64,000 nt of DNA from Cyanophora paradoxa CCMP329 (taxonomy: Eukaryota; Plantae; Glaucophyta), in contig QPMI01000549.1 in assembly GCA_004431415.1 (NCBI GenBank), positions 133,762 to 197,761 of the forward strand. The letters are read 5' to 3'. Position numbers and translations under genes: made by a program. This document shows, piece after piece, positions 1-12,358 of the stretch (position 1 is its first letter; each line of letters starts with the position of its first letter). A model generated the notes under the pieces. It made no database searches and was not told the origin of the DNA. It saw only the letters and a program-made list of their open reading frames with translations.

Positions 1-1388
1 GTCCCCTGCAGCCCCTGCCCCGCCCTGCCCGTCGGTGCCCGGGGGGGGGGGCGGGAAGAGGGGGGTAGGGGCGCACCTTGACGAGGCCCGGGAGCCAGTC
101 GTCCTTCGTCGAGCCGTGCCCGAGCTGCAGAGGAGGGTGGTAGGGGAGGTAAGAGCTGGGCCCGGGCGCGGCACCCGCCGCGTTGCCGGCCCCGCACCTG
201 GCCGCAGCCGCCGAGGCCCCAGGTGTAGACCTCGCCCTCGTCGGTGAGGACGACCGTGTGGCAGCCGCCCGTCGCCACCCCCGTCGCCCGCTTCCCCGCC
301 AGCTTCGCAACCTGTACCCCGCCCCGCCCGCTCCCTGAGGCAAGCCGCTCCGCTGCCTGGTCGAGCCGGGGCGGGCGGGCGGGCGCACCCGCGCCGGCGT
401 GCTCTGGTCCTGGTTCGAGCCGTGCCCCAGCTGCCCCGGCGGCGTCCGTGCGGGGTACAGAGGCGTGCGGGCGAGGGGGGTAGGGGCGCACCTGCCCGAA
501 GTTGCCCTTGCCCCAGGTGAAGACCTCGCCGGCGGCGGTGCGGGCGACGCTGTGGCCGACCCCGCAGCGGATCTCGGCGACGCGGGCGCCCGAGAGGGCC
601 GCCACGTGCACGGGCGCCGCCGTGCCCTCCGTCGACCCGACCCCCAGCTGCCCGCACACGTTGCCCCCGAACGCGAAGACCTCCCCCGCGTCTGACGGCG
701 AGTCAGCGCCGGGTCGGGTCGGCTTAGCGGGGCGGGGCGGGGCGCGCCGGTGAGGCAGACGGTGTGGCCGGCGCCGGCGGCGACCTGGACGACGCGGTGC
801 TTGGACATGGCCGGCACGGGCACGGGGGCCAGCTGCGAGTCTCCCGCCGTCCCCAGCTGCCCGTACTTCGACCTGCGCGGCGGCGCCTCAGCGGCCGCTG
901 CGGCGGCGGCGCTGCTCCGCGCGGGCGGCGGGCGGCGGGGCGGACCAGCCCCAGCAGAAGAGCGCGCCTCCGACTGCGATCGCTCCACGTCAGCGGGCGG
1001 GGCGGGGCGGGGCGGGGCGGCCGGGAGCGCCCGCACCTGTGAACGCCGCGCTGTGCGCTGCGCCGCACGCGACGCCCGTGCAGCACTTCTCTGCGAGCGC
1101 GGGCACTTCGGCTGGACTCCGCCGGTCCCGCTTGTCCTCAAGCCCCAGCTGCCTGCGGCGCCGCACTCTGAGCACCACGAGCGCCTCCGGAAGCAGCGCA
1201 CGCTGTGCACCCGTCCTCGTTCACGCCCACGCTGAGCACCACGAGCGCCTGCGGCAGCGCGGCATGCTCAGGCGCACTGCCGAAGACGCAGCGCGCCGCC
1301 GACCCACCTGCTCTTCTTCTACGCTCTGCTCCAGCGGGCCGCCACCATCTTCGGACTTCGCCTTGGCAGGCGTGCCTGCTGCGGACAT
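1..1388 (-). CDS. RCC1-repeat protein, multi-exon, runs off the window start
   Basis: Spliced minus-strand translation gives RCC1 repeats: QLGLEDKRDRRSPAEVPALAEKCCTGVACGAAHSAAFT, LFCWGWSKYGQLG...VVQVAAGAGHTVCLT, GEVFAFGGNVCGQLGVG...IRCGVGHSVARTAAGEVFTWGKGNFGQ. Probable ATG at 1388. Confidence 0.85.
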
Positions 1389-1546
1389 GCCAGCCCGCTA
1401 GGCGCTGTGCCACGAGGCGCTCTCCGCTGGATGTCGAGTCTCTCCGGTCCGCGATTCCAACTGCGTCAGCGACTTTTTTTTGCGACGGGTACGCGCACAT
1501 CTAAACCAGGCGACTCTGACTCTCTGAGGCGATCCAGGCAGCGCCG

Positions 1547-2859
1547 ATGAGTGACGACGAAGCGCGGTCACGATATCGACGTCGACGTAGCTTGCGCGAA
1601 GTCTCCGTGAGTGATCATGAGGAAGAGCGCGCCAGGCAGCAACCTCAATCTTCGGCGGGGACGCAACAACTTTCGCAACAGCAGAGCGCGGAGCTCGCCG
1701 AGTACGCGAGCCTGAAGAGCGACCTGCTCGCAGACTTCGGCGACCTCTTCGAGCGCTGCTGCGTGCGCGGTGATTCTGCGTCTTGTCCCGTTCCGCCGGA
1801 TGTCGTCATCATCTGCCGTACGGAGCTCGAGGATCCGCACGCGTACGCTCCTGGTGCGATCGTTTCTCGCTAGCTCTTTCATCGCACCAGGCTCACAGCT
1901 TGCGCTTACGTTCTTCCAGCTCACAAGGAATCCCAGAGTAGCGCGCGAGGCGCCGGCTCGAGCTCTGCCGGGGGCGCTGGTGGCCACGGTACGCGCAGGC
2001 GCCCTGCCTCCTATCGCGCTAGCGTACGCGTTGCACATACTTTGCTTCACGACCTTCGTTTGCGCGCACATGCACAGAGCCCCCGGCGAAACGCACGCGG
2101 GCGTCGGAACCTCTCTCGCGAATCCCCGCGCACTCTTTCATTCTAGAGATCTGAAGGCGCGCGGGCACGCTCTCGCCGCCGGCCCCTGTCCCCACGCGGC
2201 GATCGCTGACCTGGCCCCGACCCCAAAGATGCGGAGCGAGTTCTTCCGGGCGATGCTGGGGGCGCGGCTGCGGGAGGCGGAGACGGGGGAGATCGACATG
2301 AGCGCGTACCCCCGGGAGACGGTCCTCGCCCTCCTGCGCTTCCTCTACACCGGCGACCTCCCCGTGCGCTCCGCCCGCGCCGCTTCCCCTGCGCCTCCCC
2401 TCACGCCGCGCAGGTGGCCCTGCGGCAAGCGAAGGCGGGCGGCGCGGGGGGCCAGCAGCTGCAGGCGCTGGAGGGCGCCCCCCTGGCGCAGCTCCTCGAG
2501 CTGGCGCGGGCGGCCCACTACTACCGGCTCCCGCGCCTGCTCGCCCGCGTCGAGGGGCGGGCGGCGGCCGCCGGGCTCGGCAGCGCCGCCGCCGCCCTCG
2601 ACGCCCTCGCCGCCGCCGAGGAGCTCGGCAGCGCCCCGGTCCGCCCCGCCCGCCGCGCCCGCCGCGCCCCGCCCCCGAAGCTAAGCTGAGCGGGGCAGCT
2701 GCGGGGGCGGCGCTGGGGTACGTGCGGGGGAACAAGGCGGGGGTCGCCTCCTCGGCGGCCTTCCGGGCCCTGGCGGGGCGGGGCGGCTGCGAGGACCTCC
2801 TCGTCCACGTCGCCGTCGCCCTCGCCTCGCCCTCCGATCCCGGTTGTAGCTGCGACTAG
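1547..2859 (+). CDS. BTB/POZ-domain protein (SPOP/BACK-like C-terminus), multi-exon, paralog 1
   Basis: PDVVIIC...HSFIL...RSEFFRAML...REAETGEIDMSAYPRETVLALLRFLYTG, then LLELARAAHYYRLPRLL and ALDALAAAEE, the typical BTB plus BACK pattern. Exon boundaries are approximate. Confidence 0.8.
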
Positions 2860-3377
2860 GATTGGATGGCCGCCGGGCGCGCCGGGGGGCCGGCCCGGGC
2901 GTGCCCCTCTCGCCCCGCCCCGCCCCGCCAGCGCCGCCCGCCGGGCGCCCTCGGGGCCTTGGCCTCAATCGTTTTTCCCTCGCCTGGCCTATGCCTTCAG
3001 GTCAGCGTGCAACGCATCCTTTTTCATGCATGTTAACTTTGATAGCAAACAAAATGCTATATATATGTACAGCCTGTTTCAAAAATCAAGCTAGTACGTT
3101 CCAGGATCCTTCTGTAAAGAAAATGTCATAATTACAGGAGCTGCGCATGCAGCAGCAGGCACGGCGTGGAGCAAAGCAATGCTGTGAACTAGATCTAGAG
3201 GTGAAATTTAAAAACGCGAGAGCGCGGCAGTAACGATTGCGGGGGGCGGCGTCGGGAGGGCGGTGGGGGCCGAAGCTGGGGGGCGAGCTCGAGGCGGGCG
3301 GCGGGCCGCCGGGCAGCGGGCGGCGGGGCCCACGAGGGGGCCCCCGCCCGGGTCGAGCGCTAGCGAGGGCAGCTAGC

Positions 3378-4077
3378 CTAGCAGAGCGGGCGCGCGGGCG
3401 CGGGCGCCGGCCCCGTGCCGACGCTGACGAGGGAGAACCGCTCCGCGTGCCGGAAGCGGGCCGCGAGGATGGCGAGGAGCTCGCGGTTGTGGGGCGCCAC
3501 GTAGGACCAGCCCACGAGCGGCGCGGCCGGCTCCGCCGCGGCGGGCTCGTCGTCGCCGGCAGACTCCGGCGCTGCGGCCGCCGGCTCCGGAAGCTCGCTG
3601 CAGCCGGCGGCCGCGGCCTCTGCTGAAGCGGGGGCGTCAGCGGCGGCTGCTGCCGCTGCGGGCTGCTCGCAGCTGGGCTCCGGAGCCGCCGGGGCGGGGA
3701 GCTCGGCGATCTCGGAGGCAGCGGGGGGCGCGGCAGCGATCGGGAGCTCCGGATCCGGCTGCAGCTGCAGCTGCAGGCAAAGCTGAACCTCCTCCGACGC
3801 GGCCCCGCGCGCTGCGACCGCGCGGGGCGACGGCGACGCCTGCAGGGAGCGCTTCTTCTCGCCCGCCTTCGCCTTCGCCGCCGACGGCTTGCGCGGCGCG
3901 GCGCGCGGCGGCCGGCGCCGGCCGGCGCCCTTCGACGCCGCGGCCGCGGTGCGGTTTGCCGTCGCCTACGGCACGAAGGACGTCAGCGACGAGTAAGACG
4001 CGACCGGCGGGACGCGAGCACACCATGTGGTTGTAGGCCTGCGCGGCGGAGATGGAGGAGGCGCGCTGGCGAGCCAT
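3378..4077 (-). CDS. Hypothetical Ala/Pro/Glu-rich protein, two exons
   Basis: ATG 4077, one GT-AG intron (~4025-3967), then an open frame to TAG at 3378 ending ...LVGWSYVAPHNRELLAILAARFRHAERFSLVSVG. No recognisable domain. Confidence 0.45.
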
Positions 4078-4588
4078 TGTCGATCAAGCTCCTGAACGGC
4101 GAGCGCGGTGGGCTCTACGGCTAATGATCGTATTCGAGGATGCTAGCCGATCGGTAATGTGTTATGATCGGATCCGCCCGGGGTTGGCTGCTGTTCGTGC
4201 TGTCAGGTGAATGTCCAGTGTCAGCTGCAGCTGACTGTCAGGAGCCCGAAGGCGGCTTCGCGTCGAGTCATAGATGCCTTCGGCGCTCCTTCTGAGTCGC
4301 TGCGGCATCGCGGCGGCATCGCTACGGCGGCAGCTCTGGTCCTTCTTCCTAGTCTTTCGACTGTCTTTGCAGCTTCGGGGTACGCGGATCGTGAAAAAAA
4401 TTTCGCGCCGTCGCGTCGGTTACTAAGTTACCGCCGCCGGGCCGCCGGCAGTTAGCGCATTGTCATCTAGGCATAGCGCCGAGCAGTCGCTTACGTGTCG
4501 AGCCGGCGAGTGAATCGGCACCGATATCGAGCCAGCGTGCGGCAGTAGCTATAGTGCCTATTCCAGATTACGGGTGAACAACAACGCA

Positions 4589-5822
4589 ATGCGGCAGATG
4601 GAATTCGATTGCCCGTTCGAAGACTGCGAGGAGGGGCTTTCTGTCAGCGAGCTCCAGGACCATCTCCTTGACGAACACCCAGACGTCTTTCCTCGACACA
4701 CGGAGTGTGAGAAACAGCTGAAGAGCCTGAAGAGCCTGAAGAGCGACCTGGTCGCCGACTTCGGCGCCCTCTTCGAGCGCTGCTGCGTGCGCGGCGACGC
4801 GGCGTCGTGCCACCTTCCCCCGGACGTTGTCATCACCTGCCAGGCGGAGGCGCCGGTGACGGGTACGCGCGGCTTTCCAAACGCACCCGTCACTCAATTG
4901 CAAGCTCCTCTCGCGCTCACGCGATGCGCTGCGCACGCAGAGCGCCCCGCTAAGCGCTCGCGGGCATGCGCCGCAAAGGGCAATGCCGCTCCAAGCGCGC
5001 CTGCTCCACCTCCTCGGATCCATGCGCACTCTTTCATTCTGAAGGTGCGCGGGTCCGGGCCGAATGCGTTCTAGATCTCATTCGAGGTTCGAGCTAAGCC
5101 TGCGCGCGGCTGCGCCCCAATCGCAAAGGCGCGGAGCGAGTTCTTCAGGGCGATGCTGGCGCCGCGGGAGGGGCCGCGGCTGCGGGAGGCGGAGACGGGG
5201 GAGATCGACATGAGCGCGTACCCCCGGGAGACGGTCCTCGCCCTCCTGCGCTTCCTCTACACCGGCGACCTCCCCGTGCGCTCCGCCCGCGCCGCTTCGC
5301 CCGGACCGCGATCACGATTCGCCTGTCCGGCCGCCCAGGATCACGACCAGGACCACGGGCGGCTCGTAGGGCTCCTGCGGCCGGCCCACTACTACCAGTT
5401 GCCGCGCCTCATCTCCAAGATCGAGGAGCGCGTGCTGGGGCTGGAGCTGGACGACCCCGCCACGGCCCTTGAGCTCCTTCATGTCGCCGACGAGGTCGGG
5501 GCCTCTAAGGTAGCGCTCAGCTGCTCGGCCCCGAGAAGCGCCTGCGGCCCTGCCGCCGCACCTCACCGCCCCCCTCCCCGGCGTCTCCCAGCTGCGGGCG
5601 GAGGCGCTGGAGTACGTCGAGGCGAACAAGGTGGCGGTGGCGGCCTCGCCGGCGTACCGGGCCCTGCTCTCCAGGGGCGGCTGCGAGGACCTCCTCGTCG
5701 ACCTCGCCATGGCCCTCGCCAAGCCTGCAGCTCGCAAGGGCGACGACGGTGAGGAGGAGAGCGACGACGAAGACAGCGAAGAAGAGCGCCCGGTCGTCGC
5801 CCGCCCGTACGCAAGCCGGTGA
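4589..5822 (+). CDS. BTB/POZ-domain protein with N-terminal C2H2-like finger, paralog 2
   Basis: CPFEDC...LQDHLLDEH finger; PRIHAHSFILK...RSEFFRAML...LLRFLYTG BTB core; the exon around 5175-5295 is nearly identical at nucleotide level to 2260-2385; acidic tail. Confidence 0.8.
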
Positions 5823-6236
5823 TGACTACGAGCGTCCGACGACGAGTGATCGAGGATGACCTCGTAGTCGCCGCTCACTGACCTCGATGATAAGGATGAG
5901 TGGCGTCGGTGGCAGCGGCGTCGATGACCTCGAGCTCCGGATCCCCCTACCCCCCCCCCCCCCCCCTAGATCTCGCCACTCCAGGGCCGGAGCCTCTCCC
6001 CCTCTTCCGGCCACCCCTTTCCCCCACCGCCTGTTTGCACCAGGCACGAGAGAACGCTTTGCAGCTAGCTGGCGAAGGGGCCGGGGCGCCCTGCAGCTAG
6101 CTGGCGAAGGCCGGGAATGCGATCATGTCCATAGCATTAGAGACGCTCGAGAGGGGGCCGAGGCCGGCGGGCGGGGGCGAGGGGGCGGCGGGGAGGGAGC
6201 TCGAGGGGAGGGGCGCGGGCGAGGGCCGGGGCGCCC

Positions 6237-9200
6237 TCACGAGAACATGGCCTTGGTGTACCTGCGCGCCGGCTCGAGGGGGGGCGCGGCGGGCGGGGGG
6301 TACGGGCGCACGCGGCGTAGTCGTAGCAGCCGGGGCGGCTCGGGTTCTTCGGCATCCGCGCCAGCAGGAACTCTGCTGCCTGCGCCGGCAGCACCCTGCC
6401 GGGGGGAGGGGTACAGCGTGAACAACGAGGCGGGGAGGCCAGGGCACGGGGCCGGGGCGCACGCGAGGTCGTCGGCGGTCACGTGGTCCTTGCCCTTCGC
6501 GAGCGCCTTGAACGCCTCCCGCAGCTGGGGGGTACGCGCTCGGACGGCGCCGGCCCCGGGGGGCGGGCGGGAGCGGGGTACGGGGCACCTGCTCGGGCCC
6601 CTCGATGTCGGACATGCGCCGCTCGAGGACCGAGATCAGATCCGAGAGGGTCACCCCGTCGTTCGCCTGCGGCGGGGGCTCGGACGGGGGCGGGCGGGCG
6701 GGCGGGGGGTACGGCGCGGGCGGGGGGCACCTTCGCGCCGAAGAGCTCCTCGAGCTGCTCGGCCTGCGGGCGGCGGGGCGCTCAGCGAGCAAAGCGGAGC
6801 ACTCCCCTCCCCGCGTACCCCCGACTCGATGTCGAGGGCCTGGAGGCAGGCCTCGAGCTCGCGCCGCTGCAGCACGCCGTCCATGTCTGCCCCCAGCCCG
6901 CCGGGGCCCGGGCGCGTCGGGCCGAGGGGCGAGGAAAGAAGGAAGAGAGGAGGGACGGCGTCGGACCCTTGTCGAAGTGGGAGAAGACCTCGGCGTAGGC
7001 GCGCTGCTGCTCCGCGCTGAGCCCCGCCGACCGCACCGACGCCATCGTCGCCTCCACCTCCTGCACCTGCACCCCCCGCCCCGCCCTCAGCACCGCGCCG
7101 GGCGGTGCGGATTTCCCTACCCCCCGCCCGGCGCGCCTTGTCGCCGAGGAGCCGCACGGCAGCGTCCTTCTCGAGCGCCAGCAGCTGCACCGACGCCTGC
7201 GCGTGCGGGGGTACCCCTCAGAGACAGAGGCGGGGGTACAGGTGATGAGCGGCGCGGGCGCGCCTGCGTGAAGGGGTTCTCGGTGACGCCCCGCGCCTGG
7301 AGGTTCTCGTCCAGCTCCTGCGGGGGGTATCGGGAGGCGCGGGAGGGGAACGGGCGGGGGTCCGGGCCGCTCGCCTTCAGGCGGACCCACTCGCGGGTCG
7401 CCGCCTCCTCGAACTTCTGCTTGAGAACTGCGCGCGGCGAGGGGCGCCGCCTCGGACGGGGGCCGGGCGCCCCGGAGGGGTACGCGGGTCGCGGACTCTC
7501 GAGGTGGCGGGCGCTCTCCTCGGGCGACGCGCCGGCGGCGATGATCTGGCGCCGGCGGGGTCGGCGCCGGGGGGCGGGGCCGGGCGGGGTGCGGGGCACC
7601 TTGACGGCGTCCTGGGGGGCCTCCTTGCAGGCCGCCAGCAGCCGCGCCGAGTCGTCCGCGAACGAGCGGCACTGCGCCGCCCCCGGCCGGCGGGTCAGGG
7701 AGATGTGGCGCTGTCCGGGGGGTACGCCGCGGACCAGGCGCTCGTTCTCGACCTGGCGCACGATCTCGAGCTCCACCGCCTTCGCCCGCTGGTCCAGCAG
7801 CCGCTGCGCACGCGCTCGCGGGGGGTACGAGGAAAGCGCTGAGGGGGTACGGGCGCGCCTGGGCCTCGGCGAGCTCGGCCTGCAGCTTGTCGGCGGGGAA
7901 GCGGCGCGAGTAGGGGTTGTCCGGCAGGCTCGCCCCCAGCGTCCGCAGCGCCTCCACCTGAGCGGATCCAGGTTCGGGTCTCGGCGCAGCGGGGGCAGAG
8001 CGGGGACGGGGTACGGACGTCGGCGGCCTTGGCCTGGAGGGTACTCCGCAGGGGCTCCAGAGCCGCGGCCATGGCCTGCGGCGGAGCCGTTCAGGGGGCA
8101 CGGAGGCCGGGGAGGGGTACGGGGGGTACGGGCCTGGGCCTCCTCGGAGGAGTACGCGTCCACGGGCTCCTGCGCCGTGTCGATGAGGTCCTCCAGCGCC
8201 CCGTGCACCGCCTGCCGTACCCCCCTCAGGCTCCTGGGAGCCGGGGGCCGGAGAGGGGTACGCGCCTCGGCCTTGGAGGCGTACGCGAGGCGCGTCTCCT
8301 CGAGCCGCTGCTGGACGGCCAGCTCCTTCGCGAGGGCCTCTGGGGGGGCGTGAGCGCGGGGGGGACGGGAAGGGGGGTACGGCCGCGCGCGCCCTTCAGC
8401 TTGGCGGACTGGATCTTGAGCGTCTCCCAGGCCTCCATCACGGCCTGAGGGGGGTACGGGGTCAGGCTCGGGAGAGGTGGGAGGGGGGGGGGGGGAAGAA
8501 GGGGGCTACGCACGTCGGTGCGGCGGTTGACCTCGGGGTGGTGGGAGGCGAGCGGCGCGGCGGCGACCACCTGCTCCCTCAGCTCCCCGACCTGCGCAGA
8601 GGGTCGGGGGAGCCAGCGGGAGGGGGGTACGTCGGCGCGGACCTTCGCGAGGCGGTCGGCGTTGGCGGCGAGCTCGTCAGCGAACGCGTCCTGCATCTTG
8701 ATCTTCGTCTGCGGGCGGTACGCCGTCGGACTCGGCGGGGGCGGGGGAGGGGTACGCGACGCGCCTGGACGGCGTAGAGGGAGGAGCGGGGGACCTGCTC
8801 GATCGCGAGCATCGCCGCGTGCTCCGACACGAACTGCTCCATGCCCTGCGGGGGGTACGGGTTCGTTGGGGGGCCGGGGAGTAGGGAGGGGGTACGGGAT
8901 CGCATGCGCGCCTTGCACTTGACGCGCCAGAGCTTGAGGAGGGCGTCGAGGCGGCGGCGGCGGGAGAGCGCCGCGCGCAGGGCGAGCTCGTACTCGTGCT
9001 CCGCCTGCGCCCCGGGGGCGGCTCGGGGGGCGCGGGGCCGCAGCGGCGTACCCCCGCGGACCTTGGACAGGCCGACGTAGAGGCCGTCGATGGCCTGGGG
9101 CGAGATCGCCTCTGGCGGCTGCCACGCCCCGCGGCTCTGGGCGGGGGGACTCAGGGGGGTACGGCACGGGAGCTGCGGGGGTACGCGAACCTTGGCCAGG

Positions 9201-11170
9201 ATGCTGGTGAAGACCTGGGCGAGCTCCAGCCTGGCGGGCGCCCGTGAGAGGCGCCCGGGGTGCGGGGGAGGCGGCGGGGGGTGCGGGCGCGCTTCTCCTG
9301 GATCTTGGCGGGCTTCTCGATCTTCTTGAAGGCGGCGAGCTCGCGGGCGGCGCGGTCGAGGTCCTCGAAGTCCCGCCGCTCGAAGCCCGCCTGCTTCTCC
9401 CGCGCCCACGCCGCCCACTGCGCCCCCCCCGCGGGGGATCAGAGGGCGCCGGGAGGGGGGTACGAGGGGGGCGTGTGGGGGTAGTACCTCGGCGGCGCGC
9501 TGGGAGTACGCGTCCTTCATCTCCTCCATGCGCGCCGTCCGCGTGACGACCCGCGCGATGCGGCGGCCCGCCACCTGCCCCCGGCGGTCAGGCGGGGGTA
9601 CCGGCACGCGACGGGAGGGTACGCGCACCTCCGCGCTGCTCTGGCTGGCGAAGCGCTTCCAGAGGAACGCGAGGTACGCCTGTACACCCTGCGGTGGGGG
9701 TTAGGGGGTACGGGGAAGCGCCGGGGGTACGGCGCGCCTTCTCGTCGGGGCGGCCGACGAGCAGGTTCTCGGGCTCGAGGAGGGCGGGGATACCGAGCTT
9801 GTCCTGCGCGAGGTACGGCATCGCACTCGGAAGCGCTGGGCGAAAAGGGCGCCGAGGGGATTCGAACCTGCGCGACGCGGAAGACGAGCTCGAGGTTCTC
9901 GCGGGCGTTCTCCTTGCGCAGCGAGTCGAAGTCGATGAGGTCGGGGTGGTGCTTGTGGATCAGCGCAGCGAACGCAAGCCCGTTCTGCCTGCTCCCCGCG
10001 CTCGACGGGGGGTACGCGCGCTCATAGGGGCGGGGGGCGGGAGGGGCACGGGCGCGCCAGCTGAACCCGAAGTTGTCGATCTTGACGTCGCGGTACCCCT
10101 GCGTCTTCTTCTTGCACCAGAGGAGCAGGCCCTCCTTGGCCGTCGCGTCCTCCTCAGTGATGTCAGTGATCGTAAACCGCAGAATCTGCGGCCCCGCGCC
10201 CATCCATCGGCGCCGGCCCCGCAGCGCGTTCGCCGGCTGGGCGCGCGGCGCGGCGCACCAGGACCCAAACCATGCCCTGCGGGAGGCGCGCTAGTCAGCT
10301 CGGGGGCGCGCAAGGCGCGGGAATGCGACGGAAACGGACCATAATCATCTTGCTCTCGCCCTCGAAGATCTCCTCAGCGCCGTACTGCAGACCGAGCTTC
10401 TGGTTCTTCACGAAGGCTGCGGGGCGGACGCTTAGCTGAGGCCGCTGGCGCCGGGCCGGCGGGATCGGGTGGCGCACTGTTGATGTACTGCAGAAACACA
10501 GCGAGACAAGCCGGGCGGGCGCACCGTGAGCCGCGAGCCGCCACCCTCGCGGCGGGAATGGCGCACCTTGAGCGCAACGTTCAAGTTCTGCACGCACATG
10601 AACTTGTACGCGCCGGGATTCTTCTCGTTCGATGCAGGAGGACGCTGGTAGCGCCCCGGCAGCGGCTCATGGCTCAGCTCCTCGACCAGCGCCATCAGTC
10701 GCATGCCTGCCGGCCGCGGATGGTCAGCCCGGGCTTGCCGGCCGAGCGAGGCCTCCGAGGCAAGCGCACCGTCCTCAAAGTCGCGGAACAGGTTCGTAAT
10801 GACGAAGTTTGGGCCCCGCTTCTGCAGGAACAGGTTGCACCACTTCGTCATCCACTTTGCCTGGGCATCCGTGTCGGAACGGCCGATGTCCCTGCCCGGC
10901 CCGAAGGAAGATTCCCGCCTGCGCAACGTGCGGCCCGGCGTGAGGCCGGTGCCCGATGATCGACGCGAAGCTGGCGCGGGCTGCTCACGGCAGCATCGAG
11001 CCCCGCGGGGAAGGAAGAGAGCTCTGACGTGGCAGCATCTCCGGAACTAGCTACGCGGGCGCCCGTCGCCTCCCGCGCTTGGAGCTGGCTTCCGTTTCGA
11101 AGTTGGCGATGCCTGTACCCCCTCGATTTGGACAGCCAGCGGGAGCGGGAGCGGCCTCGCTCGTCGCCAT
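6237..11170 (-). CDS. Alpha-actinin-like protein (2 CH domains, spectrin-like rod, EF-hands), many short introns
   Basis: CH1: QAKWMTKWCNLFL...NLFRDFEDG..LMALVEELS. CH2: [46 protein letters not shown]...LGIPALLEPE..RPDEK. EF region: EVFSHFDKDMDGVL...LREAFKALAKGKDHVT...LLARMP...YDYAAYTKAMFS*. Start codon tentative. Confidence 0.9.
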
Positions 11171-12358
11171 CGTATTGCCCACGTGTCCAGGAGCGTCGGC
11201 AGGCGCCTCTGTGCTCAGCGGGCGTCTTGAAGATCCCTCAACGTCGGCGCGTGAGTCGACGCGCTCCGTGGACAGCGCACATGGTGGAGAGAACCGCGTA
11301 GAGCCGTAGAGAACGTAAAGGCACGCGGCAAGCGGCCGAACATTCGGCTCGGCGACCAGGTCCGCTTGACCGCACGGCCATTCTGCGGCTCGCCGCACGG
11401 CCGCACGACGTGCACGCCGACTCCCGCGCAGATAGAGTAGGCGCGGCCGCTCATCGAATCAGAGCGCCTGCTCGCTCCGTAGGTGCGGCCGCGGCGCTCC
11501 GGTCATGGCATATGCATGCGCAAGTAGCTATATAGCTCCGGAGCTAGCTACGCATGTGTGATCATTCTGCGCCGACGTGCACGTGCATGACCTGCAGCTG
11601 ATCACAGCGTACGGATCAGAAGCCGGCTGATCATGACGGATCGCGATCGGGAGCTCGAGCGGCCTGCAGCTGGTACTTGACCATGGCCGTTCCGCGGCTC
11701 GCCACTGACGCGCACGACAGCGTACGATCGCGTGCAGAGAGCTTACAGAGCGCCTGCTCGCTCCGTAGGTGCGCCGGAGCCGGCCGTGGCGCGGCGCTTG
11801 TTTCAAATCATGATCAGCTGCACATGTAGATCTAATGCGCTAGCTACAGCAGCGGACGGATTCGGCCGCGCGCGTGAGCGCCCTCTCGCACCGTATACGT
11901 AGGTGCGCCAGCCGCGCTGAGGGTCGTTATCTTCAGGTCAGAGCTAGCTTTAGAATCGACGAGCGCTTTACGATCACCAAACACAGTCGCTCCGCCCTAG
12001 CCCCAAGTATAGAACAAAGTACGATACAAGTAGGATACAAAGTATCTGGGATGATTGCTGAGCCTCCGCACCTGCCTCTTCCCGGAGGTGATTGCTGATC
12101 GTTCGCCTCTTCCCCTTTTTGGCACCTGCGCCCGGCCCCCGGCCCCTCTCCCCTGCCCCATCCCACACCCCCCCCCCCCCCCCCCAACACACACACACAC
12201 ACCCTCTTCGCCATCCGCATCTGTCTTTCGCCTTTCGCCTAATCCCTATCGCCCTATCGCCCCTTTCGCCTTCTGATGTATATGATTGATACCTGATGTT
12301 GTCTCTCTATCCCTAGGCCTTCACTGCCCGGGTTCGTTTGATTCGAACGCGTGCAGTG

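Noticed and set aside
11461-11773. 27-bp direct repeat AGAGCGCCTGCTCGCTCCGTAGGTGCG upstream of the actinin gene
   Set aside because: Only two copies, with no TIR, TSD or other structure to support a function.
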